This document shows positions 1 through 9,975 of a stretch of DNA of 64,000 bases, one piece after another. A model generated the notes under the pieces. The model ran no database searches, was not told where the DNA came from, and saw nothing but the letters and a program-made list of their open reading frames with translations. The DNA comes from Scyliorhinus canicula (taxonomy: Eukaryota). Position 1 is the stretch's first letter, and every line of letters starts with the position of its first letter. Made by a program: the position numbers and the translations under genes. The stretch covers positions 210,460,263 to 210,524,262 of the forward strand of contig NC_052148.1 in NCBI RefSeq assembly GCF_902713615.1. Reading direction: 5' to 3'.

Positions 1-188
1 CGTCATGACGCTTGTAATGTAGAGCATAGGAATGGATTGCGCATGCGCAGATCGCTTTTCCTTTACTGTGCGCTCTTTGCTCAACTGCGCATGTGCGGTT
101 TGTCGTGCATGCGCAAACAGACTTTCCTTCACTGTGCGCATTTTTCGGAACTGCGCATGCGCGGCTCCTTGCGCAAGATGGCTGTCAG

Positions 189-530
189 TCAAACTGCCGT
201 TTGCTTCTGTTGCAAGTCTATCTTTACCTCGTGGTGAGTAGAGGTGCCGGTTTTACGGATTTCTGTTGTGTGTACCTCGCAGTAGTTTTCAAACTTGTCC
301 AGGACTGTCTGGAAGTCTCTCTTGTCCTGCCCTTTGGAGTACTCGAAGGAGTTGAAGATTTCTGTTGCACTTTCACCCGCAATGGTGAGTAGAAGATCTA
401 TCTTCTCAGCATCGGCCACACCATCTAGCTCGGATGCCACCATGTAAAGCTCAAATCGCTGCTTGAATGCACGCCAGTTGGCACTGAGATTGCCGCGGTA
501 CCTGAACTGCTGAGGAACCAGAATCTCGAT
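189..530 (-). mobile_element. gag of an older Ty3/Gypsy LTR retrotransposon, interrupted by the provirus
   Basis: GNLSANWRAFKQRFELYM...KIDLLLTIAGESATEIFNSF is a typical Gypsy gag N-terminus. Removing 531-10395 restores ATG ATC GAG ATT CTG GTT CCT (MIEILVP) from the ATG at 10398. Confidence 0.85.
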
Positions 531-1497
531 TGTTGCTCGTTCTACTGTTAGTGTGATTAACACGCCTCCATTTAAAGGACATGTGCTTAACACTGGTTTG
601 GCTCTGTATCTGTATTTATACTCAGGAGTCGCCAGGTGCCATAAGAGACACCGTCACAAGTTATCAAGGTCAAGTTCAAAGCAATAAATCTAAACACCGA
701 TCAGTAAGTCCAAACAATTAGTGTTTATTATAACAAATATAATAAATACTCATGCACACGCTAAAAGACTAATACTTATTCCTACTATTCAACGACTAAA
801 TACTTATCTAGAAAGGAACAGGCAAGGTCAGGGGGGCAAGGCCTTCGTCCCGTTCTTGGTCTGCAACTTCTGGTTATTAAGTCGGCAAGTGTATAAGCAA
901 CGCCTGGGTCACGTAGCGATCGTTGTTTTGGCACTTACTGATAGATGGCTGATGCTCAACGGCCGCTGATGAAAGACAGGGTCTGGAAGCTGGGGTCAGA
1001 GTCTGGAGTCAGGATGCAACAGCCTAGGCCGGAGTCAGGAAGCAACAGACCGAATCATGTGTGGGACCTTTTTTTTATAGGTCCCAGGAGGTCCAGGTCC
1101 CCTTGGGGCGGTTCCCTCATCGATTGGGTCTTTCCCGATCGATACGTTTTGAACTCCCCTATCCTGGGGTCGTTTCTCGATGGCTGGGGCGGTTCCTCGG
1201 GGTCACTATTCTGGTTTCTCTGGCGCCATCCTGGCTGGGTAGCTATAGAAAAGTATCGATTGATACTTAAAATGTTTCTATTGTATCTGGGACTGGGCCG
1301 GTATCACCTCATTAGTATGCAGATCGCTTTCCTATTTGCACCTTTGGCTGAGTTTCTGCAACTGCCTTGAAACCGGTTTTGTACGTGCAAAAATGCTAAA
1401 TGCTTCTGCAAGCTGTGTGTCCTTACTATGGCTGTTTTTCCCTGTATTCTTTGTGGTTCTCCATTTTGTAGACTGGTGTCCATCTTAGAGGGCTAAA
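531..1497 (-). repeat. 3' LTR of the provirus
   Basis: Aligns end to end with 9425-10391, with about 29 differences by manual count (~3%). On the minus strand it ends CAACA and begins TTTAG rather than TGTAG (G>T change). It follows the PPT. Confidence 0.96.
724..729 (-). terminator. Polyadenylation signal of the 3' LTR
   Basis: Minus strand AATAAA (plus strand TTTATT), conserved in the 5' LTR at ~9618-9623. Confidence 0.65.
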
Positions 1498-1508
1498 TTC
1501 CCTCCTTG
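1498..1508 (-). promoter_or_regulatory. Polypurine tract
   Basis: Minus strand AAGGAGGGAA directly abuts the 3' LTR. Confidence 0.8.
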
Positions 1509-1885
1509 TGATCCTCACGAGAAATTCTGAAGGATCACCTATGTATGGTTCTTCTATGTTACTTCGATTTCCTTTGGGTTCCTTTTTGGGTTCCCTGACC
1601 TTAGCAAGTTCCTGGGCGTCTACTCTGTCCTTAACTATGGCAAGAAAATTTTAACTCACATTTTCTACTTGGCGCTATGTCAAAGGGGACTTGCATTACC
1701 AATATTCGGGAACCTCTATCTATCACAATTCCTATTCTCATCTTACTTTAAACATTTCATCACATTCTAAAGTCTTATCCATTCACACCACAGTACATGT
1801 CGCTTTCTGACTCGGCAATCGAGTTCAGAACCATATAATACATCAGTGTCTCATTTTTATTTACATATGGCTATAAATACATTTC

Positions 1886-2233
1886 CTATGCATCAAGGGG
1901 TTGGGGGGATTGGTGAAACCCGAAAATAGGGGATTGAACTCCGTAAATGGTTGAGGGGCAGGAATGGGAGGCTCTCCTTTTCCATTTCCTCAACCTGAGG
2001 GTCTGTACTATGATGCAGAGAATTGCAATCACCAACAGTGATTCAATCACATACGACATCGAGTACCAGGTCATGAATTTCGTGCACCAGGTCTGAACCT
2101 CACTGATCAGTGCTGAGAATGGAGAAGTCGATGTGTGGGAAACATTAACGGCGGGGGTCGCGGGGGAAACATGATTTGCTTCAACATGCAAAAATACAAC
2201 AATATTTAAAATAAATAGGTAGGCTTCCATCAT
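1886..2233 (-). CDS. 115-aa predicted type-I membrane protein in the env position (function unknown)
   Basis: ACCATGATGG Kozak context; hydrophobic N-terminus (YLFILNIVVFLHVEA); S/T/P-rich ectodomain with an NVS sequon; hydrophobic segment VIESLLVIAILCIIVQTL; polybasic RLRKWKRR; no internal stops. Confidence 0.6.
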   Translation of the reverse strand: MMEAYLFILNIVVFLHVEANHVSPATPAVNVSHTSTSPFSALISEVQTWCTKFMTWYSMSYVIESLLVIAILCIIVQTLRLRKWKRRASHSCPSTIYGVQSPIFGFHQSPQPLDA

Positions 2234-3160
2234 GGTCTTCTTTGTTCTCTTCCTTCTCTTCCTTTGTATGGCCGATCCTTGCCGTGAACCCTCCGACTGT
2301 TCGAAAGCTATGGGATCAAGCACAGTATCTGTCAATACACAGTTTAATATCTGTACTGTTAGTGTATCTGTCCTCTCATTCGAATTGACCCTTAAATGAA
2401 TGGCCAAGTCACACCCTGTGACTCCCCTCATTTTTTTTTTCAAATGCAAATTTAGGAGCAGATATACACCTAACAACTTTTCTACTGCGAGCCGTCTCGC
2501 AGGCTTTGCGATTTACCATCCGAATGTTCCTGGATGTAAATAGCATGTGGGATGGCTGCCGAAGGGCTACCTAAAGAAAAATGAAACCAAATTTTGAACG
2601 AAAAGGTCGAATGAGTTGCGTATGGGCCGCTACGGGTAAGATTTGAACGGGATCCCCGGGTAAGACGTGCTGTGCCGTACCCGAGCTTGGCTGACCAAAG
2701 GGGTTCTCAGACAGGGCGGGTCCTCAGTGCCGTTTGTCCGCTACCTGAGCAACCTGAAATGAACGGGTATGAATGTATTCATCGTGGGATTGCAGCCTCT
2801 ATTCACAGAATAGAGGGGTACCTGAAAAAGAAGGGAGGAGCCAAGATGCTCCAACATCCGAAAACAGATTACAAGTCGTGAACTTTGTCGGTTCACCAGA
2901 GGATACTTAACTGAAGTTCTCAGAGGTATCTGCGGATAAACTAACGTGTGTGCGAGGCGGTCACAAGCTTTTCAGCTGAAAAGAAGATGGCCAACCTCCA
3001 ATCAAACCTTTAACAAACAACAAAGTGATCTGATCTCCAATCAAACCCTTAATATTATCAAAAAACAAACAAACACAAACAAACAAAACATACGTGCAGG
3101 TTCCATCAGAAAGGATATCGCTTCCCTCAAGCGGTTCCTCTTTTACATCATCTGGACACC

Positions 3161-6100
3161 TCACTTCTCCTCTTTCTCTGTGAACAGGGTCACAAAGGGG
3201 TTGCCGTATCGGGAGTCAGACATCACGTCTTCCTTTTCTCCCGGATCCCACACTCTTGTGTGGATCAGGCACGCGATCTGTGCATTATGTGACCGGGGGT
3301 CACTCTCATCCTTGCGGACAAGTCTCCATGAATTGTCCCTTTGCCAAATTGTGGTATCTAAGTTTGAAGGGGCATTGTCGGTGTCGTCGGGGTCGGGTGG
3401 TGGGTCTAGGTATTTAACGTAGGTGACCTCCATGGGGTCACTGGAGTCGGGGTCGAAGTCGTTGAAGTGGGGGCTGTAGGGTGGAGTTCTGTGGCTGTCC
3501 TCAGTTTCACAGTCACTGTCGCTGTCTCTGCTGTGGCAGCTTGTGGGCGTTTTGGGGCGTGGTCTGAAGTCAGTGGACGGCGTCATGGGCGAGTCCGATG
3601 AGGAACTGGTCTGTGAGGGGGATGGTGGGAATGTGTCTCTAGTGGGCGGGGCGAGATGTTCTGCTGCGTCTAGCAGGACATGGTGTGTGTGGTTAGACTG
3701 TGTTCCATATGCCTTCAGTTGGTTAATATGAAACCACGCAGTCTTACCATTGGGGTATTTTATTCTATAAATGGAGGGGCTAATTTTGTCCGAAATTGAA
3801 TACGGGCCGGAAAATTTAGGTGCCAAAAAGCTGCTGGGGTTATAAACAGATAACATTACCTGTTGTCCAACCTGAAATTCTGTGGGGTGTACGTTCTTAT
3901 TAAAGCAAGCTGTGCTTTGTTTTCGTCTTTTTCCCAATTTTACTGCGGCTGCTAACTGTGCAGACCTCACAGTCTCAACTAGGTCTTTGATTGCCTTCTC
4001 ATGTGTGAGGGCCGTCACTTCGGGGCTAGTCATGTCCAGTCCTAAAAGGAATTCTGTACCTTTCATAGGGCGTCCGGTCATGAGCGTGTGTGGGGTGAAT
4101 CCTGTGGATGATGAAACCGTGTTGCGGATGAACATGAATGCGAATGGGAGTACTGAATCCCATGTTGAATTGTTCTCCTGAACTATTTTTCTAAGGGTCG
4201 ATTTTAGGGTCCGATTCATGCGTTCGACTGGGGGTGATACGCAATGTAGAAATTTTGTTTAATGCCAAATATTGTCAGGACGTTCTGCATGACCCGTCCT
4301 GTGAAGTGAGATCCCTGATCTGCATCTATACTTCTCGGGAGACCCCATCTCGTGAAGATGTGGTGGGTCAGGATCTTTGCAGCTGTCTTAGCTGTATTGG
4401 TTCATGAGGGGAATGCCTCTACCCATTTGGTAAAGGTGTCTATAACGACCAGAACATATTTATAGCCATTCCTACAAGGGGGCAATGGTCCTATAAAATC
4501 GATCTGGAGGTTAGTCCAGGGGCCATTAACTGGTCGAGTATGTCTAAGTTGTGCCTTTTTCGAGTACCTCTCCGGGTTATTTTGTGCACAAATTAGGCAA
4601 TTCTCGATGTAATGGGTCACATCGTTTCTTAAATTTGGCCACCAACAGAGTTGCCTGAGGTGCCTTGTGGTCGGGTCGATCCCTTGGTGTCCATGACTGT
4701 CATGGAACAAGGCAATCATCTGATTCCTATTCTGTTCCGGAACCACATAAAGTTTATCCTTAATGATCACACCCTCATGTGTGGTCAAAGCGTGTCTGAA
4801 CGTATCGTATTGGTGCACAAAATTTCCTTTAAAAATCTCCCTGAGATCTCTATCCTGCTTCTGTGCCTCAACTAAGTCTTTAATTTCCGTCTGTGAGACC
4901 TGAACTGCACTCACAGGGGCGCTAGCTGGTGCGCCAGCTGGGGGTGTCCAAAAGTGTCCTCGCCTGGAACCTGCTTTTGCCAGTGCATCGGCTTTTACAT
5001 TTCCAGGGGGGGATGACCTATGGTGACTTCTAACTTTGATTATGCCATACGTCCTATCCTTTGCCTTCTCTAGGATATGGCGGAGTAATGGGGCTGATGG
5101 AAGGGGCTTCCCGTCCGCGGAGACAAAACCTCGTGTCCTCCACAGGGGTAGAAAATCTGTTAAACTGTTACAGACATACAAACTGTCCGAATATATGTCT
5201 GCCGGGCTGGGAAACGAATCTGGGTGGTCCACTATGTATGCGATGGCCGCGAGCTCTGCTGCCTGCGCGCCTAAGTGTCCTGGTAATTTTAAAGAGATTT
5301 CTTCTAATGCGCGACCCTGCGCATCCTCAACATAGATCCCGCATCCAGTGATGCGTTCTCCATCTAAAACTGTGGATGAACCGTCCACATATATTTTCAG
5401 TGGGGCACACGTGTCTGTGTGCTGGGGGCTCTGGCTTGAATTCCCTATCTTTCTGGGGGGTGTCTTTGCTATGAAGGTTCCTGTGTTGTGTAGGGGTGCT
5501 ACAATTTCACATTCATGGGGCTGTCCTGGATATTGGAGGTTGTCGGCTAAAAATGTGTGTGTCCTGGTCCGTTTAACTGTGATGCCCCGTCCTTGTAAAA
5601 GTAACGTCCATCTAGCTGCTCTAATCTGGCTAACTGAACCGTCCTTCAGTCGACCGGCTAGAAGTAACTGTGTGGGGGTGTGCTCGGTCAAAATGGTGAT
5701 GGGATTGAGTCCGGTAATGTACGCAAAGTACTGAACTGCCCAAAAAACTGCTAGGAGGTGCCTCTCGCAGGCTGAAAATCCTTGCTCTACGGGGTCTAAA
5801 AGTCTGGAGGCATAAGCCACTGGTCTTAGCTGCTCGTGCCGTTCCTGGAGTAGCACGGCCGAGAGGGTCAGATCTGTGCTCGCTACCTCTATTGCATAGG
5901 GGGAGAGTTGGTCTGGGACTTGTAGCGCGGGTGCTGCGCTAAGGGCTTTCTTTAAATCTTCCACAGCCTCTGTATGCTGCGGAAGCCATTCCCATGGGGC
6001 TCCTTTCTTAAGGAGGTCTGAGAGTGGGGCTGCCTTTGTCGCGAAACCATCGATATGGTTCCGACAGTAACCAACCAGTCCTAAAAACGACCGGAGGGCT

Positions 6101-7041
6101 GAAACATTCTGGGGAAGGGGCAATTTGACAATCGAATCAATCCTTTTGAATTCGATCTCGCGTTTGCCGTGCGTGATGACTGTACCCAAATACATCACTT
6201 TGTTCTCTAATATCTAGGCCTTTCTGGGGTTAACTTTACATCCGATCGAGGTTAAAAGTTCCAGGAGCTCGGCCAGAAGCGTAATGTGCTCTGCCTTTGT
6301 GTCTGTCTGCAGTAATAGGTCGTCCACATACTGTACCAGACATTCGGGGCGGGAAAATTTTACTAAACCATTTGCCAGCTGTCGGTGGAAAATGGAGGGT
6401 GAATTGTGGAATCCTTGTGGGAGGCATGTCCACGTATACTGCTGTCCTTTAAATGTGAAGGCAAATTTGTACTGGCACGCCTTTGCCAATGGGATTGACC
6501 AGAAGCCATTGCTAATGTCCAAAACCGTGAAGAATTTTGAGTGGAGTCCCTGTTTGAGCATGGTCTCGGGACTTGTTGCTACCGTGGGGGTTACTTTGTT
6601 GAGCTCCCGATAATCGATGGTCAGGCGCCATGATCCGTCGGGCTTTCTCACTGGCCAAATAGGTGCATTATTGGTCGAGGCTACTGTCCTAAGTACACCT
6701 TGCTCCAATAAGCTATCTATTACTTTTCCTATTTCTCCCTCTGCTTCTAGGGGAAATCGGTACTGTTTCTGTGGTCGGGGGTCAGGTCCGGTAACTTGAA
6801 CTTGTCCAGTCACTCTGCCGCAGTCATGCCGGTGACTGGCAAATGCTGTCCTGTGTTTATTCAAAACTGTCCTAACCTGTTTGCCCGTGCTAAGCGTGGT
6901 CGGGTCGAAACAATAGTCGCCTACTGCGCTAATCCTATTCGCATACTCTCCTACTGTGAGAGTAGCGGGTGCTCTGTCTGATTTTGCCATTCGCCAGACA
7001 CACTGGTTTACTGGATCGAACGACAGGCTATGAGCATTCAT
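3161..7041 (-). pseudogene. pol: pol: reverse transcriptase, degenerate RNase H tether, RNase H, integrase with long C-terminal tail
   Basis: RT motifs LDISNGFW, LPQGFHNSP, YVDD. In-frame TAG at 6214-6216. RNase H motifs YVDGS/AELAA/SDS/ADALA. IN motifs HHCC, QIDFIGPLP, ERMNRTLK, GPY. Frameshifts near 4402 and 4230. Confidence 0.95.
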
Positions 7042-7368
7042 GAAATCTATACCCAGTATGTGTTCTGCTGTACGGGGTAGATTAACTAATGCAACGGGGT
7101 GTCTGGTGGAGATGGTCCCTAGCTGAATTGCTACGGGGGCTGTAATGTGTCCCTGCTGTGAGTGTCCTGTAAAACCGCTGAGTGTAATGGTGGATGTGGT
7201 CGGCCACGTGTCTGCCTGTGCCGTGGTGGTGGAATTAATTGTGGTGCGGGACCGTCCTGTGTCCCAAAGTAACTCTATGGGCTTCCCTCGAACCTTTGCT
7301 GTGACTACCGGTCTCCCGGATTGGTCCCAGAGGGTGTCACAGACCCAAGTGGGGGAGCCCGAACACTG
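7042..7368 (-). pseudogene. pro: Aspartic protease domain (not shown in the ORF track because it has no start codon)
   Basis: Manual translation is open and in frame with gag and RT: ...PIELLWDTGRSRTTIN...EHILGIDFM. Confidence 0.9.
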
Positions 7369-9114
7369 TCAGTCCGTTCCGTCCACATTGGTCTGTCCTG
7401 ACTGTATTCCTATACTGTGAATAGGCTTCGCTCTATTTCTGTTCAGAGTGCCTGTCTGCTGGCCTCTCTGTGATCTTTGGGGTGCATTGCCTTCCTTAGC
7501 AAAATGTCCTAACTGACCACAGTTGTAGCATTCCTGCGACTTCTGTGGAGGGCTGTTCTTCCCTTCGTTTACCCATGCGGGGTTTTGGTGCGCTCTCACT
7601 GCCTGAATGTCCGCTGCAGCCTGAGCTTCATCTGGGGTCTTTATTTTAATTTTGCCCTGAACCGATTGTTCCCAAGCGCGGGACAATCTTTTCAGAACCC
7701 ATTTCTCGTTATGGGCCTCCTCTGAGGGGTCGTAACTATTGCAAGCACTCTGTCCTGCATCTGTGGCATGGGAGATTATGGTGCGTGTCCATTTAACCAT
7801 GTTGTCACGGTTCAAACGCGCTCGGTTTAATTCGCCAAAAACTGCAGTGAAATGGATCCACAGCCTTCCTGCAAATGTTGTGGGATGCTCTGTTCTCTTT
7901 TGTCTGCATTTATTTCGTCCTTCAACTGGATCTCCTCTGTTATACCCTATTGCACCTAAAATGGAGGTGTGCATTTCCTCTAGTGTGCCTCCTCCAACGA
8001 TCTGTGGGTCGGGGAGGGCTGCTACTACGGATGGGTCTAATCTCAGAACCGTGAGCTTAACCTGCTCTCTATCGTCCAGGCCGTACATGGTCGCCTGCTG
8101 TTTAACATTTGCGAAAAATTGGTGGGGGTCTCCGGTGGGGAGAAACGGAGTGATTTTCTCACACGCGTCCCTGAGTTACGTTACAGTTAAGGGGGTGGTG
8201 TAGGTGATATCGGGTGCGCCGTCTGTGGTTGCCTTTCTTTGGGTGGTGACTGGGTTCATAGGTGCGGATGCTATCTGATCTGTGGGGGGTTGGGGTGCTC
8301 TCCTTTTCTGCTGCGCTGCTGGTGCACATGTTCCTTGAACATAGCGCTGCGCTGTCTCACTCAGTTCCTGCCAGTCTGGGGCATTCTCCTCATCTAACTG
8401 CGTTCCAAAGGTGCTTTGGAACCCATTCTGCACTGAAAGCAACAATTGCAGCTCCGCAATCTGCTGCCTACATTTTGCATGGTCTACTGTGCTCTGTCAT
8501 TGCTCAGTGGTGGCAGCATGGAGTGCTCTTAAAGCTGCCTTTAGGTCAGAGCATTGCCTCTGCAATGCCTCTACCTGCTTTTCCGATTCCTCTCTTATCA
8601 GGACTTCACGTTGCACATCTTGGTAGGCTTTTTCGTATTGGGTCTGGGAACTGCTCCGATGGGCTAGACACGACTGATGTGCCCTCTTGGCATCATCCAC
8701 CTCTCTACCCTTCTCTGTCAGCTTCCCTCTTAGTTCTAAGTTTTCCTTCTTGATGTCCCTGACATCCACTTTACTCATTCTATTCCTCTCTTCTAACTCT
8801 GCTCGGAGCGTCCGAACGACCTCCTCAGTGCCTCGCAACTGTGCCAAACAGGACACGATTGCCATCGGCTTGCGTGCTTTACTCGGATTTTTCTTATGAA
8901 TTTGAGAGAGGTTCTCCCACCAAGTATGTCCTATACTCCCGGGACCTGTCTCCTCATTCATACAGAACTCATTCCAAAGGGGCCATCCCTTTCCTTTCAG
9001 ATACTTGCGGAGTTCCAGCTCCCACACGGGCCACTGACCTATTCGGCTACTGCTGGTCGCTGCGACCAAGAACTGCTCTGGGTTCATGAGGCGCTCCATT
9101 GCCTGCATGGCCAT
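7369..9114 (-). pseudogene. gag: gag (coiled-coil N-terminal part, capsid-like region, single CCHC-type knuckle)
   Basis: ORFs 8497-9114, 8176-8445 and 7369-8088 are all in one frame, broken only by TGA (8497-8499) and TAA (8176-8178). Knuckle CYNCGQLGHFAKEG has the last Cys changed to Gly. Confidence 0.88.
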
Positions 9115-9399
9115 TTTCTCTTTCTTACTTAAATTTGGAACAGGGGGTGTTGAGGTAATGTTTTAAAAGACGGGTAAGGCTTTTGCTATGTTCCGCTTAA
9201 AAACTCCTGACAGTTCGTCGCAACTAAAAGCTCTCAGGTTAACCTTACAACCCTGTTAGTACGCATGCACAAAACACACTTCCGAATTATCGTTATTGGT
9301 TTGAACACCTTGACCACTTGTGATTTTTCCTTTTTTCCAATCAGATTTCTAATTCAAATTTCTGGGTTCTTACGGAGTGGGGGTGCCACTTCTAATTGC

Positions 9400-9419
9400 G
9401 TCCCGTCTGAGAGTCGCCA
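9400..9419 (-). promoter_or_regulatory. Primer-binding site, tRNA-Arg(UCU)-like
   Basis: Minus strand TGGCGACTCTCAGACGGGAC starts 5 nt after the 5' LTR. The first 10 nt are complementary to the ...AGAGUCGCCA 3' end of vertebrate tRNA-Arg(UCU), recalled from memory. Confidence 0.7.
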
Positions 9420-9827
9420 CTAAATGTTGCTCGTTCTACTGTTAGTGTGATTAACACGCCTCCATTTAAAGGACATGTGCTTAACACTGGTTTGGCTCTG
9501 TATCTGTATCTATGCTCAGGAGTCGCCAGGTGCCGTATGAGACACTGTCACAAGTTATCAAGGTCAAGTTCAAAGCAATAAATCTAAACATTGATCAGTA
9601 AGTCCAAACAATTAGTGTTTATTATAACAAATATAATAAATACTCATGCACACGCTAAAAGACTAATACTTATTCCTACTATTAAACGACTAAATACTTA
9701 TCTAGAAAGGAACAGGCAAGGTCAGGGGGGCAAGGCCTTCGTCCCGTTCTTGGTCTGCAACTTCTGGTTATTAAAGTCGGCAAGAGTATAAGCAATGCCT
9801 GGGTCACGTAGCGATCGTTGTTTTGGC

Positions 9828-9833
9828 ACTTAC
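9828..9833 (-). promoter_or_regulatory. Candidate major splice donor inside the LTR R region
   Basis: Minus strand TCA|GTAAGT about 135 nt downstream of the TATA box, present in both LTRs. Confidence 0.5.
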
Positions 9834-9966
9834 TGATAGATGGCTGATGCTCAACGGCCGCTGATGAAAGACAGGATCTGGAGGCTGGGGTCGGAGTCTG
9901 GAGTCAGGATGCAACAGCCTAGGCTGGAGTCAGGAAGCAACAGACCAAATCATGTGTGGGACCTTC

Positions 9967-9975
9967 TTTTTATAG
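9967..9975 (-). promoter_or_regulatory. LTR TATA box (U3)
   Basis: Minus strand CTATAAAAA, conserved in the other LTR (~1072-1080), upstream of the LTR AATAAA. Confidence 0.65.

Noticed and set aside
531-593. N-terminal part of ORF 189-593
   Set aside because: Chimeric: these codons come from the LTR; the real gag start is at 10398.
721-1370. Plus-strand ORFs in the LTR (and 9591-10046)
   Set aside because: The reading frames differ between the two LTR copies because of indels, and there are no protein motifs.
2234-2476. Upstream extension of ORF 1886-2476
   Set aside because: It uses a non-ATG start and has no features; the signal-like segment begins right after the Kozak ATG at 2233.
1498-3160. 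Canonical env or foamy accessory genes (tas/bet)
   Set aside because: There is no long ORF, furin site/fusion peptide arrangement or recognisable remnant; only the 115-aa TM ORF is supported.
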